Position numbers and translations under genes: made by a program. DNA of 56,567 nucleotides from a virus (lineage: Duplodnaviria; Caudoviricetes). Below, in pieces: positions 8,952 through 17,606 of this stretch (position 1 is the stretch's first letter; the number at the start of each line of letters is the position of its first letter). The stretch covers positions 1 through 56,567 of IMG/VR virus record IMGVR_UViG_3300031237_000257. The stretch is one strand, 5' to 3'. The notes below the pieces were generated by a model. The model was not told where the DNA came from and made no database searches. It saw only the letters and a program-made list of their open reading frames with translations.

Positions 8952-9374
8952 TTACTGGATGCGGGTAAGCCTCAGATTTCCATCTGATGGCAGCAATATT
9001 CGGTAAGCCTCATGGCCGCCTGGTTTCAATTCAGTGTTCTCCGACGTCGCTATGTTTGGGCAAATACCGCCGCCGGTTTCAAGCCGAAAAAAATATGAAC
9101 CTGCGGTCAGAGAAAGACGAATGAACTCGCCTTGCCGTATCGAAAAAACCTTCACATTATTGACGAACATGTCATGGCTACACCCAGAGCCAAACACGCC
9201 CGCATCACGTAAGAACACAACGGTAGCGGCTTCCTGTGCGTTTGCCGATGTGGCTACCATCTCCGGCTGATAGACCCGATCGGCAGGTATCGTCTTCGCT
9301 GTCTGCTCGGTGACTGGGGATGTAGAACACCCCGCCAACAACGCCACCACCAACGCCCCCATCAAAATCCGCAT
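8952..9374 (-). CDS. Accessory lipoprotein
   Basis: Signal peptide with LLAGC lipobox; own terminator 8913-8937. Confidence 0.85.
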   Translation of the reverse strand: MRILMGALVVALLAGCSTSPVTEQTAKTIPADRVYQPEMVATSANAQEAATVVFLRDAGVFGSGCSHDMFVNNVKVFSIRQGEFIRLSLTAGSYFFRLETGGGICPNIATSENTELKPGGHEAYRILLPSDGNLRLTRIQ

Positions 9375-9417
9375 GATTCTTCCTCGTCCTGAAAGGGGAT
9401 GACTGTAGCATTTACCT

Positions 9418-9840
9418 TTACTTGGATCGGATCACAATCGTAGATGCGAGCATGTCGCCTAATCGTTTCCGTGAACCAAAAAAAATGAATATCCAGTCAA
9501 AAATACTTAAGAACGGCGTCGTGATGTTTCGCATGAAAGATTGATAAAGATTACAGCTGAGGTAGCTGCGCTCATCAATCACTGACATGCCCAACAACTT
9601 TTTGCCAAGGCTTTGACCGTTCGGCATTGCATCGGAAAACAGGTAATACGCCACGCCTGAGCCGACGGCGAGCGCGCCGACCACACTAGACGGTAAACCA
9701 ACAAAATCAGCTGATCGCCCCACGAAGAAAAAGAGAAAGACAGTGATTATGGAGTCAATCATTTGTCCTCCCCATCGCCGCCCCAATCCGGCTAGGTTTT
9801 TGGGCTTCTGATACTCGCCTTGGGTATTGTTTACTTCCAT
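9418..9840 (-). CDS. RDD family membrane protein
   Basis: LGRRWGGQMID, GQSLGKKLLGMSV, RLGDMLASTIV motifs; TM helices. Confidence 0.85.
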   Translation of the reverse strand: MEVNNTQGEYQKPKNLAGLGRRWGGQMIDSIITVFLFFFVGRSADFVGLPSSVVGALAVGSGVAYYLFSDAMPNGQSLGKKLLGMSVIDERSYLSCNLYQSFMRNITTPFLSIFDWIFIFFGSRKRLGDMLASTIVIRSK

Positions 9841-10224
9841 GCGTTGCCGCTCCGTTGGTATATGGATCAGAGAATATCGGCACCGGCCAAAAAATATTTA
9901 GCTCACCCCAAACCGAAGCTCTGAAAACCCTTGGGCCAAAGCATCAGATCAGCCTGTACGAATCCTCAGTAACGCCCTATTTACCGTCGTAGTAGCCTTC
10001 TGCCCCCAGACAGTCCAAGGAACGGGTCCCTTCCTAGAGAAATGTACAGAGTCGGATAACTTCCAGACCATCATGCACAGGCTTGATGCCAGAAAACCGA
10101 ATGGGCTTCGATTAATGACCGCGTAGTCACCGACATCTGCAGCTCAGATGACTTTAGCGTGAACTAAGTCTGGACCAGGCAAACCGATTTCAAGGCGCCT
10201 GCCCACCACTACAAGGAGTTTCAA

Positions 10225-10380
10225 ATGCTTGACATACTTTTCAAAATTTTCGGCTCACTGCTCCAGATTTGGTCTTCCCTCTCAGAAGATCAGAAGGACG
10301 GAATCTGCAAAGCTCTCACGGACCTTATGGAAGATCTATTCCGGGGTTTCTACAAAGCGAACTCGGGAGATGCGCAATGA
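10225..10380 (+). CDS. 51-aa hypothetical protein (not in ORF track)
   Basis: AAGGAG RBS; MLDILFKIFGSLLQIWSSLSEDQKDGICKALTDLMEDLFRGFYKANSGDAQ; ATGA overlap with next gene. Confidence 0.75.
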   Translation: MLDILFKIFGSLLQIWSSLSEDQKDGICKALTDLMEDLFRGFYKANSGDAQ

Positions 10381-10664
10381 AGTCGCTAGTCGAAATCATG
10401 AATGCGCACAAAGAATCCAATTCACTTGCAGCAACTACCAAAGCCGGAATAGGACTTGCGACAGCCTCGATCCTAGGGTCCACATTGGGTGCAACGAAAG
10501 CTAAACAGTTTTCGGATGACGCGGCGAGTCTCGTCACGAGTGACGATTTTCTGAATGAGCTCGAATCAGAGCTGGGTCTGCCACAGAACGACGAAACAGA
10601 AGACGAGTTTGTCGCTCGTGCAAAAGCAAGCATGTTCGAAATGCTTAGGGCTAAACTCAAGTAA
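10377..10664 (+). CDS. 95-aa hypothetical protein
   Basis: GGGAGA RBS, ATGA coupling, followed by terminator. Confidence 0.8.
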   Translation: MKSLVEIMNAHKESNSLAATTKAGIGLATASILGSTLGATKAKQFSDDAASLVTSDDFLNELESELGLPQNDETEDEFVARAKASMFEMLRAKLK

Positions 10665-10672
10665 CCAAGCCC

Positions 10673-10695
10673 AAGCCCGGCACGCCGGGCTTTTT
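10673..10695 (+). terminator. Intrinsic terminator
   Basis: AAGCCCGG-cacg-CCGGGCTT followed by TTT. Confidence 0.8.
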
Positions 10696-10735
10696 GATGC
10701 GAGGCCCCTCGATCCACCCTCCTTCAAGGATGAAT

Positions 10736-11269
10736 ATGAAAAGAGAGTTATTCTCGAAAGATATAGATAAGAAAATAAATCTATTTCATCGGTCTTTTGA
10801 TCGAGATGACAACCTGCTAACGGCGGTGCTACGTGGGCATATGATGATTGAAGAGAGATTGCATGACGTAATCTCTGCTGGCGTGGCGAGCTATTCGAGG
10901 CCACACAACAAAAACGACATATTCACTTTTGGTACAGCCACCGAACTAGCCAAGGCGATTGTGGGCTCCGCAAGCGGAGCTGAGCTGTGGAAAGCCATCA
11001 AAGCCTTGAACAATCTACGTAATGCAGTCGGGCACAGAAACGAACCAGTCCGATTGGATTCGCTATTAGTGAAATTCTTCCAAGACAGCGAGCCTACTGC
11101 GCAGGCAGTCTTTAAAAAGAGCTTTGTCACATATAACCCTCAGGGGGAGGAAGAGGATACTCACGCGATAGTCGTGCGAACTCGTACCATGGCGATTTGG
11201 ACCTTACTCGGGATCCATGCCGACAATCTCGCTCGGGAGTTGGACACTGCTCTTGAGCACCGAAGGTAA
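10736..11269 (+). CDS. HEPN-like (RxxxxH) protein
   Basis: All-alpha pattern, AVLRGHMMIEERL and LNNLRNAVGH; start 10730 or 10736. Confidence 0.65.
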   Translation: MKRELFSKDIDKKINLFHRSFDRDDNLLTAVLRGHMMIEERLHDVISAGVASYSRPHNKNDIFTFGTATELAKAIVGSASGAELWKAIKALNNLRNAVGHRNEPVRLDSLLVKFFQDSEPTAQAVFKKSFVTYNPQGEEEDTHAIVVRTRTMAIWTLLGIHADNLARELDTALEHRR

Positions 11270-11366
11270 GTGAAAATCGGCTGCCATTTACCGTATGCAA
11301 TGACCACATTGCTAGCTGAGCGTCAAAGAAGTCCATTTCTCGAAAGTCATTGCGCAAGGGAGCGAT

Positions 11367-11630
11367 ATGTCAGAGCCCACTCACAGCTTCAAATGCCTCG
11401 GCCACACCAAACGAGATGACTGCTTGATTGAGCGCTACCACCTAGAAGTGACCGATACCCAGAGCGGCAATACCGTGACGATCTCTGTCGAGCCAAGACA
11501 CCTTGCGTCAGCCCGGAGCATGAAACGGATCCTTCTAGATCGGTGCATGTTCTATAGGGCAACACGGGCGTCACACGACCAGATGCTACTCGAGATTTTT
11601 GATCCGCAGGCTGAAACAATCAACGAGTAG
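11367..11630 (+). CDS. Hypothetical protein
   Basis: AAGGGAG RBS, 87-aa ORF. Confidence 0.7.
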   Translation: MSEPTHSFKCLGHTKRDDCLIERYHLEVTDTQSGNTVTISVEPRHLASARSMKRILLDRCMFYRATRASHDQMLLEIFDPQAETINE

Positions 11631-11687
11631 TCCGGCCCGCCGGACTTTTCACAATCGTATGGCGGACCAGCTAACAAGGAGCGCTGA

Positions 11688-12254
11688 ATGTCGTGGTGGA
11701 GACGTATCTTTTCGCCAAACTCCAAAAGTGAGCCGAAAACAAATCATCAACATCCTCAGGCCTCGAGAGCTGGAACTTACGGCATTCATACGTTACAGCC
11801 TACGGTAGCGCTGCCCAAGCCGCCTGCTGAACCCGTAGCACTAGAGCAGAAAAAGACGCGTACCAAGAAAGCCACTCCCGTCGAGGCAGATCTACCACCA
11901 CTGACCGGCAGGATTACTGGAGGGCATGTGTGTGCGTTCGACGTAGTTGGTGAATCCCATTACCAGGCTGCCCTTCGAAAATTACGAAATAGTCGCCACA
12001 TGGCTACCGACAATGACTTCATTGCAGACATTGTCGCGGAGCCAGAGAACGCCCATGACCAGACTGCATGCGCCGTCTATATTGAAGGGTTCAAGGTAGG
12101 GTACCTACCTCGCGACGCAGCTGCAGACTTTCACCAGCAAATCGCCGACATGGGCGTCACCGGTCTTTGGAGATTCGAGACCAAAGCTAAACTTTCCGGA
12201 GGCTGGGATGATCGGCCAATGATCGGCGTGCTGCTGAGCCTTCCGAAATCCTAG
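11688..12254 (+). CDS. HIRAN-domain-like protein
   Basis: VVGESHYQ, EPENAHDQTACAV, KVGYLPR motifs; AAGGAG RBS. Confidence 0.8.
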   Translation: MSWWRRIFSPNSKSEPKTNHQHPQASRAGTYGIHTLQPTVALPKPPAEPVALEQKKTRTKKATPVEADLPPLTGRITGGHVCAFDVVGESHYQAALRKLRNSRHMATDNDFIADIVAEPENAHDQTACAVYIEGFKVGYLPRDAAADFHQQIADMGVTGLWRFETKAKLSGGWDDRPMIGVLLSLPKS

Positions 12255-12262
12255 ACAGATGC

Positions 12263-12287
12263 AAAAAGCCCAGCGCGGGGCTGGGCT
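12263..12287. terminator. Probable bidirectional terminator
   Basis: AGCCCAGC-gcggg-GCTGGGCT between convergent genes. Confidence 0.7.
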
Positions 12288-12291
12288 CTGT

Positions 12292-12714
12292 TCAATTGTG
12301 ACTGGAAAGCGTGATGAAGAACTTTCTATCGCAATGATGCCTTACTGGATAGCCCGTGAAAACGGCTTGCCAGAATGACTCAGCCCCCTCAACGATATCG
12401 ATCATTATCTCATCGACTCCCTCTTGCTGAAGGAGGTTGATGAATTGCTTCATAGCTTTTCGTCCTACACCTTGTCGGCGAAAAGGTGAGAAAATGACTA
12501 GTGGGAATATCTCAGCGGGCACAGCTCGGTACGTACAAAACCCCGCAATCTCACAGTTTGATTTGATTATGAAAACATTCTCACCGAGAGAATCAACGGG
12601 CCCCGATTGACTAGTAACCGAACCGATCGACTTGTCAGGGTCAGCCAGAGCTTTCAGCTGAAGCAACTTAATTTCTTCGGTCGAGGCAAACCCAATGCTT
12701 ACATCTGCTCCCAT
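12292..12714 (-). CDS. GNAT-family acetyltransferase
   Basis: FRRQGVGRKAM acetyl-CoA motif, AESFW; start uncertain. Confidence 0.75.
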   Translation of the reverse strand: MGADVSIGFASTEEIKLLQLKALADPDKSIGSVTSQSGPVDSLGENVFIIKSNCEIAGFCTYRAVPAEIFPLVIFSPFRRQGVGRKAMKQFINLLQQEGVDEIMIDIVEGAESFWQAVFTGYPVRHHCDRKFFITLSSHN

Positions 12715-12844
12715 CTCGCTACACCTATGAAAAAAGGCCAGTCTAGCAGGTAGCACTTCTCTACCCAGTAGAACCATATCGCGACCAAGCAAGCGCGGAG
12801 CATCGATGCGGTCCACGCCCTAAGCGATGCTTGGGAAGAATGTG

Positions 12845-13040
12845 TCAGGTCAAAATACCCAGACTATGCCGAATCGATTCTGGCAAACGTGGTATTAGCT
12901 TATCGGACGTTTTCACTCCGTGGAAGCGAGCGGCAATATCTGATAACCGCCTACCATCGCGCGTCGGATGAAGCGATCCATCGTCAGCTTCTGGATTTTT
13001 TTTCATTGTTTCCTGCGTGAGTTTCAAGAGCGTTCCGCAT
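12845..13040 (-). pseudogene. Small ORF apparently split at an A8 run
   Basis: GGAGG-preceded ATG at 13040 stops after 18 aa; loss of one A joins it to the downstream frame. Confidence 0.4.
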
Positions 13041-13068
13041 TTGAACCTCCAGAATAATCAATGATTTT

Positions 13069-13839
13069 TCAGTTCTGGACATCTCGCTGCCGCCAGTAGC
13101 TGACGGTTACCTCTGCCCAGTAGCCGCCGTACACGTCGCGCTTGCTGTCCCGGTTGTACAAGTGATGCAAGATTGACCCGGGCGCCGGGCAATGCTCCGG
13201 CTCGGACTTCAGCGCGCCGTCAGCCAAGTAGATCGCGGCATGGTTCGGCACTGGTGAGCGGATCTGCATCAGCACCAGGTCCCCATGCTGCAGGTTCGAG
13301 ACCTTCTCGAAGCCAGCGGCGGGCAGGTTTTCCAGATACAGGTTTCCGCCCTTGTCCCACCAGCCATCCTCCCGTTCGTAGTTGCCGAGATCGATGCCCA
13401 TCTCCCGGCGGTAGAAGTCCAGGATGATGCTCAGGCAGTCGTGCACGCCGTGGGCGAACTTGCGGCCAATCAACGGGGCTTCGTAGCCGACGGGGGCAAA
13501 GCTCACCAACTCGCCGGCGCGCACCTGGTCGTCGTCACCTTTCCTGACTTCGAGAATGTGCCAGGGCAGACCGGATGCTTCGCAGGAAACGCGATCGGCT
13601 TTGCTCGGCGCCGCCGGATAGTCCGGATGACTGTGCACGACCGCCAGCACCGGGCCGCGATCCTCGGCGGTGGCATAGTCCTCCGGCGCCAGCCTGAAAT
13701 GCTCGCTGGGCGTCGAGGCGGTGTTTCGGCAAGGGACATAGATTTCCTTCCGCCCATCTCGCACCAGCAGCCCGCAACACTCCTTCGGGTACTCGGCCAG
13801 CGCGTGACGCTCGATCGCAGCGCGATTTGCTTTGTTCAT
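13069..13839 (-). CDS. K: Tail assembly protein K (JAB/Mov34 + NlpC/P60)
   Basis: YPKECCGL, VVHSHPD, GVHDC, NHAAIY, ILHH motifs. Confidence 0.95.
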   Translation of the reverse strand: MNKANRAAIERHALAEYPKECCGLLVRDGRKEIYVPCRNTASTPSEHFRLAPEDYATAEDRGPVLAVVHSHPDYPAAPSKADRVSCEASGLPWHILEVRKGDDDQVRAGELVSFAPVGYEAPLIGRKFAHGVHDCLSIILDFYRREMGIDLGNYEREDGWWDKGGNLYLENLPAAGFEKVSNLQHGDLVLMQIRSPVPNHAAIYLADGALKSEPEHCPAPGSILHHLYNRDSKRDVYGGYWAEVTVSYWRQRDVQN

Positions 13840-13841
13840 GG

Positions 13842-14525
13842 TCAGTTCCGGATCAGGCCGGCGGCCGGGAATGAGCCGTACGGCAGAGGATTGTTTTCGC
13901 CGAAGCGCAGCTTGCAGCTGGTCAGGCGCCCGCCGCATTTGTCCTTGGCTGCGTCCGTGACAATGATGTCGTTTTCATCAGCCACCGGCGGTCCGTTGTA
14001 GCCGCAGTACGGTCCACGGTATCCGCCGCAGCTCAGCCACCAGCAGACGTTGGCCACGATCTGCCGGCGCGGCAGTTGCACGCCGGCGAAGTCCAGCGCC
14101 GTGGCTAGTTCGAACTGGACCGTTTCGTTGTCCTCCGCAGCCTTGCGCTCGACGTACCAGATATCCGGTGGCAGCTCTTCGTCTGGATCCGCTTCAGGCT
14201 GTCCGTCCAGGTACTTGCCCAGCGTGCGGTGTCGAATCAGCTTCGCGCCCACCAGATCCTCGAAATACAGGACCAGAGCCGTGATGAAGCCGCCGACGTT
14301 GCCCACGGAAAGCGTTGGTGTTGGCTGGGCGCCCTGCCCGGTCATCTCGAAGCCTTCGGCCTTGATCGGCCACGGCGAATACTCCTCGCCCTGCCAGAAG
14401 ATCGACGACTGCTGCGGGTAGCCGTGGAAGCGGTACAGCTCGGCGCCCAGCACCGTGGCATCGAGCTCAAAAAGCTCCACCCACGCGCCAGGCTCCAGGG
14501 TCTGGATATCGGCCGTGATCGGCAT
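13842..14525 (-). CDS. L: Minor tail protein L
   Basis: LPRRQIVANVC, CGYNG, DKCGGRLTSCKLRFG Cys motifs. Confidence 0.95.
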   Translation of the reverse strand: MPITADIQTLEPGAWVELFELDATVLGAELYRFHGYPQQSSIFWQGEEYSPWPIKAEGFEMTGQGAQPTPTLSVGNVGGFITALVLYFEDLVGAKLIRHRTLGKYLDGQPEADPDEELPPDIWYVERKAAEDNETVQFELATALDFAGVQLPRRQIVANVCWWLSCGGYRGPYCGYNGPPVADENDIIVTDAAKDKCGGRLTSCKLRFGENNPLPYGSFPAAGLIRN

Positions 14526-14580
14526 CGTGTTTCCTCAAAAAGAATTTAATCCGCCAAAAGGGGTTGGCAGCTCAGGAGGT

Positions 14581-14608
14581 TTGACAGTTATGGGATGTGA
14601 GCTACGTT
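14581..14608 (+). promoter_or_regulatory. Sigma70-like promoter for antisense moron
   Basis: TTGACA-N16-TACGTT. Confidence 0.55.
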
Positions 14609-14629
14609 CATCGAACCTCAGGAGATCCT

Positions 14630-14887
14630 ATGAACAACACCGATGAAGTGGAGCTTTGCAAACAGTTAGTGGATGCTTTCGACGCCCACATAAAACCGTC
14701 AAATATTCCGCGGTGGATCAGATGGCGTCATACCGACGGATCGAGTGACGTTGTGAGCGGCATGAACTTAAAGCTCACCGCCGTGGGTCCTTACGTCAAA
14801 ATTGAACAGCCGCCATCGGAAGTCTGGTTGATCCGAGCAATCTATATCGACTCGATCAGCACAAAAGAATTGAAGCCGAAGATTTAG
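14630..14887 (+). CDS. Antisense moron, 85-aa hypothetical protein
   Basis: AGGAGA RBS, own promoter, opposite to tail operon. Confidence 0.75.
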   Translation: MNNTDEVELCKQLVDAFDAHIKPSNIPRWIRWRHTDGSSDVVSGMNLKLTAVGPYVKIEQPPSEVWLIRAIYIDSISTKELKPKI

Positions 14888-14894
14888 CACAAGA

Positions 14895-15269
14895 TCAGGC
14901 CGGGCGTGGCGGTCGCTTCGTGAGGTCCGGGTAGTCGGGATTGCCATCCTTCCAGTTGCGCAGCGCGATCCAGTACGCCTTCCATTCGGCTTCTGTACCA
15001 GGTAATGCGTCGGGGTCCTCAAATTGGATTGCAGTCACATTATCCTTGGCGATTGGCAACTCAGAGTCGCGCCACACGTCTTCCGCACGTCGAAGCTGGG
15101 AAGGGCTCGCTGTCCATCCAGGAAACAGCCAAACTTGATCAGCATACTCAGGCGGATCTACTGCGATCGCACTATCCGGCGGGTTCTCATTCCACCCGCC
15201 AAGATAAACCCCGTATTCGTCGATGTAGTGAAAAACCGGCGATCCTTCCAAAATATCAAGATCACTCAT
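14895..15269 (-). CDS. Tail fibre assembly/chaperone protein
   Basis: Coupled to fibre gene; WKAYWIALRNW...YPDLTKRPPRP C-terminus. Confidence 0.8.
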   Translation of the reverse strand: MSDLDILEGSPVFHYIDEYGVYLGGWNENPPDSAIAVDPPEYADQVWLFPGWTASPSQLRRAEDVWRDSELPIAKDNVTAIQFEDPDALPGTEAEWKAYWIALRNWKDGNPDYPDLTKRPPRPA

Positions 15270-17227
15270 GCCCAAAGCTCCACTATCAAATCCGCTTGCG
15301 CTGGGGTCAATACTGCGAACGCGCCGACAAGGCCGCTTGCTGAGCTGCCAGCTGGAATACCATTGCTAGCTACTTGAATCTCAATTGCAGTTGAAGTCGC
15401 CTTTCTTGCGGCGACACCGAAGTTGCCGGAGCCAGCAATAGACGTAAAATTACTCGAAATTTGCTCTACCTGCCCGACTGCCATGCCATTTATGGCTGCT
15501 TTATAAACCATTTTGAGCACAACGAACGCCGGGATAACCCCCAGTGTATGCGTGATGCTCAGTGTGCCCGCATTTGTCCAGGCAGCCGCCGCACTAACCC
15601 ACTTCTTGGTCAGTACCTGCTTGGCTTCGGCAGCCGTAAGGCGAGCGTCGACCGCCGTCACGTTCGTGGCCAACGCCGTGACATCAACCGTTCCGGGGTT
15701 GCTCACGCCAGTGGCACCGACAGTTACCCAGATAACCGTTACGTTGGTGCCTCGTGTTTCGCTGCCTACTCGCGGTGCTCCATTAGTGCCGTCGCTTACG
15801 GGCGTGGCCCAGTAATCGAGCCCCCCGAGTAGCGAGCTGGAAAAGTAGGAACCCCTGCGCCCCGCGTCCGTTGCGTTTGGAGCCGGGAACTGTCCGTCAT
15901 AGTAGTTCAGGCGGAACGCGCCCCGGCCAAAGCTGTACCCTTGAAACTGGTCAAGTTGGAACAGCCCTGGTGTGGCCGCCGAATTCTTACCGTAGCCACG
16001 TAGTACGGCAGCGGCAGGTGTTAGGCCGTCAGAATATTTACCATTGGTATCAGGCATGCGGAACGTGCTCGCGCCGTTACCTGTGGACGCCTTGCCGCGC
16101 TGCAACGGATCGGCAATCCAGGTTGCATCTGAAACCGCCTGCGAGGAATACAGCGCCCACAGGTCAGGCCAGGTTGCGCGGTCTACAAGTTGCCCGTTGT
16201 CCGGCAAACCACCGCCTGGAATCGAAGCTTCGGAAAGCGGCCAAGCGATCTTCATCCCGACCCACATCCCCCCAGTTGCAGCGCCGCCGTCAGCCGCCAG
16301 CAACTTGCCGGTGCAGCGCCAGTTGCCGCCGCCCAGGGAAGTGAACTGCAGTACATCGCCTACCGTCGTTGTGATGTCCGCGCCTTTTGGAAGAATCAAC
16401 GACGCGGCGTTGTGGGTCAGCGTTACTGCCCCGGCGAACACCAAAGTCCTGACCGCGCCGCTCGCGATGGAGTCGAAGCCGGTGATGCCCGTTGTTCCCG
16501 TGATCGTGATCGTGTTCGCTGCGGCGGCGCCGATGGCGGGCGTCGCAGAGCTGGCCAGGGAAACGATGTCGGCGTTGTTCAGGGCCCCGGTCAGCTTTCC
16601 ACCGGTCTTGTCGAACTTGCCTGAGAGCGTGGATACCGCAGCGCTCACTTGCGCCTGCAATTTGCCAATACCGGAAAGTACGCTGTCGGTAGCAGCCACA
16701 GCTTCGTTGAGCGACGTGCTCAGGCCAGTAAGCGTAGTTGCCCGGACACGCGCGGCAGTGTGGTAGAGATTGAACGACCCTTCCGGCACCTGGTCGGTAG
16801 AGCCTGGGGACGAAGGGATCATCACGTAGGCAGTACCACTCCAACGATACTGCCGGGTTGGGTTGCTCGAGCTTTCACCGTCGTTGATCGCGATGTAGAT
16901 CTTTCCCGTCTCGCCTTCTGCCGGGAAGTCCGCCAAGGCCGGAAACTCCAGCACGTCATCAACGTAGCTCGGCAGCTGAGAAGACGGGACCAACCCCTCT
17001 ACGAGCTGAGCAACAGTCACCCCAACCGCACTACCGGGAAGTGCCGCATCGGCTTTCGCTTGAGCAGCAGCCGCGTCGGCTACGCCCTGCTCCGCCTTGG
17101 ACTGTGCAGCCGTGGCGCGGGTATCAAGCTCCGCGAAGTTGGCGTTGATGATCTGTCCGCCCGACCGCAACGACTGGCCATTACCATCGTTCGCCGCTCC
17201 GCCAATATTGATTGGGACAATGCTCAT
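15266..17227 (-). CDS. Side tail fibre protein
   Basis: Gly/Ala/Thr-rich; LPSYVDDVLEF; collar-like DRATWPDLW...STFRMPD; ETRGTNV. Confidence 0.88.
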   Translation of the reverse strand: MSIVPINIGGAANDGNGQSLRSGGQIINANFAELDTRATAAQSKAEQGVADAAAAQAKADAALPGSAVGVTVAQLVEGLVPSSQLPSYVDDVLEFPALADFPAEGETGKIYIAINDGESSSNPTRQYRWSGTAYVMIPSSPGSTDQVPEGSFNLYHTAARVRATTLTGLSTSLNEAVAATDSVLSGIGKLQAQVSAAVSTLSGKFDKTGGKLTGALNNADIVSLASSATPAIGAAAANTITITGTTGITGFDSIASGAVRTLVFAGAVTLTHNAASLILPKGADITTTVGDVLQFTSLGGGNWRCTGKLLAADGGAATGGMWVGMKIAWPLSEASIPGGGLPDNGQLVDRATWPDLWALYSSQAVSDATWIADPLQRGKASTGNGASTFRMPDTNGKYSDGLTPAAAVLRGYGKNSAATPGLFQLDQFQGYSFGRGAFRLNYYDGQFPAPNATDAGRRGSYFSSSLLGGLDYWATPVSDGTNGAPRVGSETRGTNVTVIWVTVGATGVSNPGTVDVTALATNVTAVDARLTAAEAKQVLTKKWVSAAAAWTNAGTLSITHTLGVIPAFVVLKMVYKAAINGMAVGQVEQISSNFTSIAGSGNFGVAARKATSTAIEIQVASNGIPAGSSASGLVGAFAVLTPAQADLIVELWA

Positions 17228-17562
17228 GGGTGGAATGCCTGTTCGAAGGTTGCGGTCAGCATGTAGACGTCACCGCCTGCGTGCCGGGGCTGGTATTCGG
17301 CGCACTTGAAAAGCGCTGTGTCCCCCAGCGGCTCAGTCCAGTAAAAAGGGGTCGCGCCTTTTTGCCTGTCGAGGAAGGCCGCGATCTCCTTGATCCTGGC
17401 CTTTGGACCCGAGAAGGTCAGTGGCCACGACTGTGTTTTGTTGTTGATACCGTCCTCCGCGGTCTGCTCGTAGCCATCGCCAAATTTGGCAGACTTGGTG
17501 CGAAAGGTGACCGTGCCGGCGGGCTCCTTGTTGGGCACCCAGGTAAAAGTTTCCGTTGCCAT
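17224..17562 (-). CDS. M: Minor tail protein M (distal tail)
   Basis: AKFGDGYEQ...DGINN, FLDRQKGATPFYWT motifs; follows tape measure. Confidence 0.92.
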   Translation of the reverse strand: MATETFTWVPNKEPAGTVTFRTKSAKFGDGYEQTAEDGINNKTQSWPLTFSGPKARIKEIAAFLDRQKGATPFYWTEPLGDTALFKCAEYQPRHAGGDVYMLTATFEQAFHP

Positions 17563-17606
17563 GATTTTCCCCGGCAAAAAATAACCCCGCCGAAGCAGGG
17601 TCTGGA

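Noticed and set aside
9954-9969. CTGTACGAATCCTCAG as a third LexA box
   Set aside because: Fits CTG-N10-CAG only; poor right half and spacer compared with the two strong boxes
3334-17227. Diversity-generating retroelement or invertible fibre switch
   Set aside because: No reverse transcriptase, invertase or template/variable repeat pair seen
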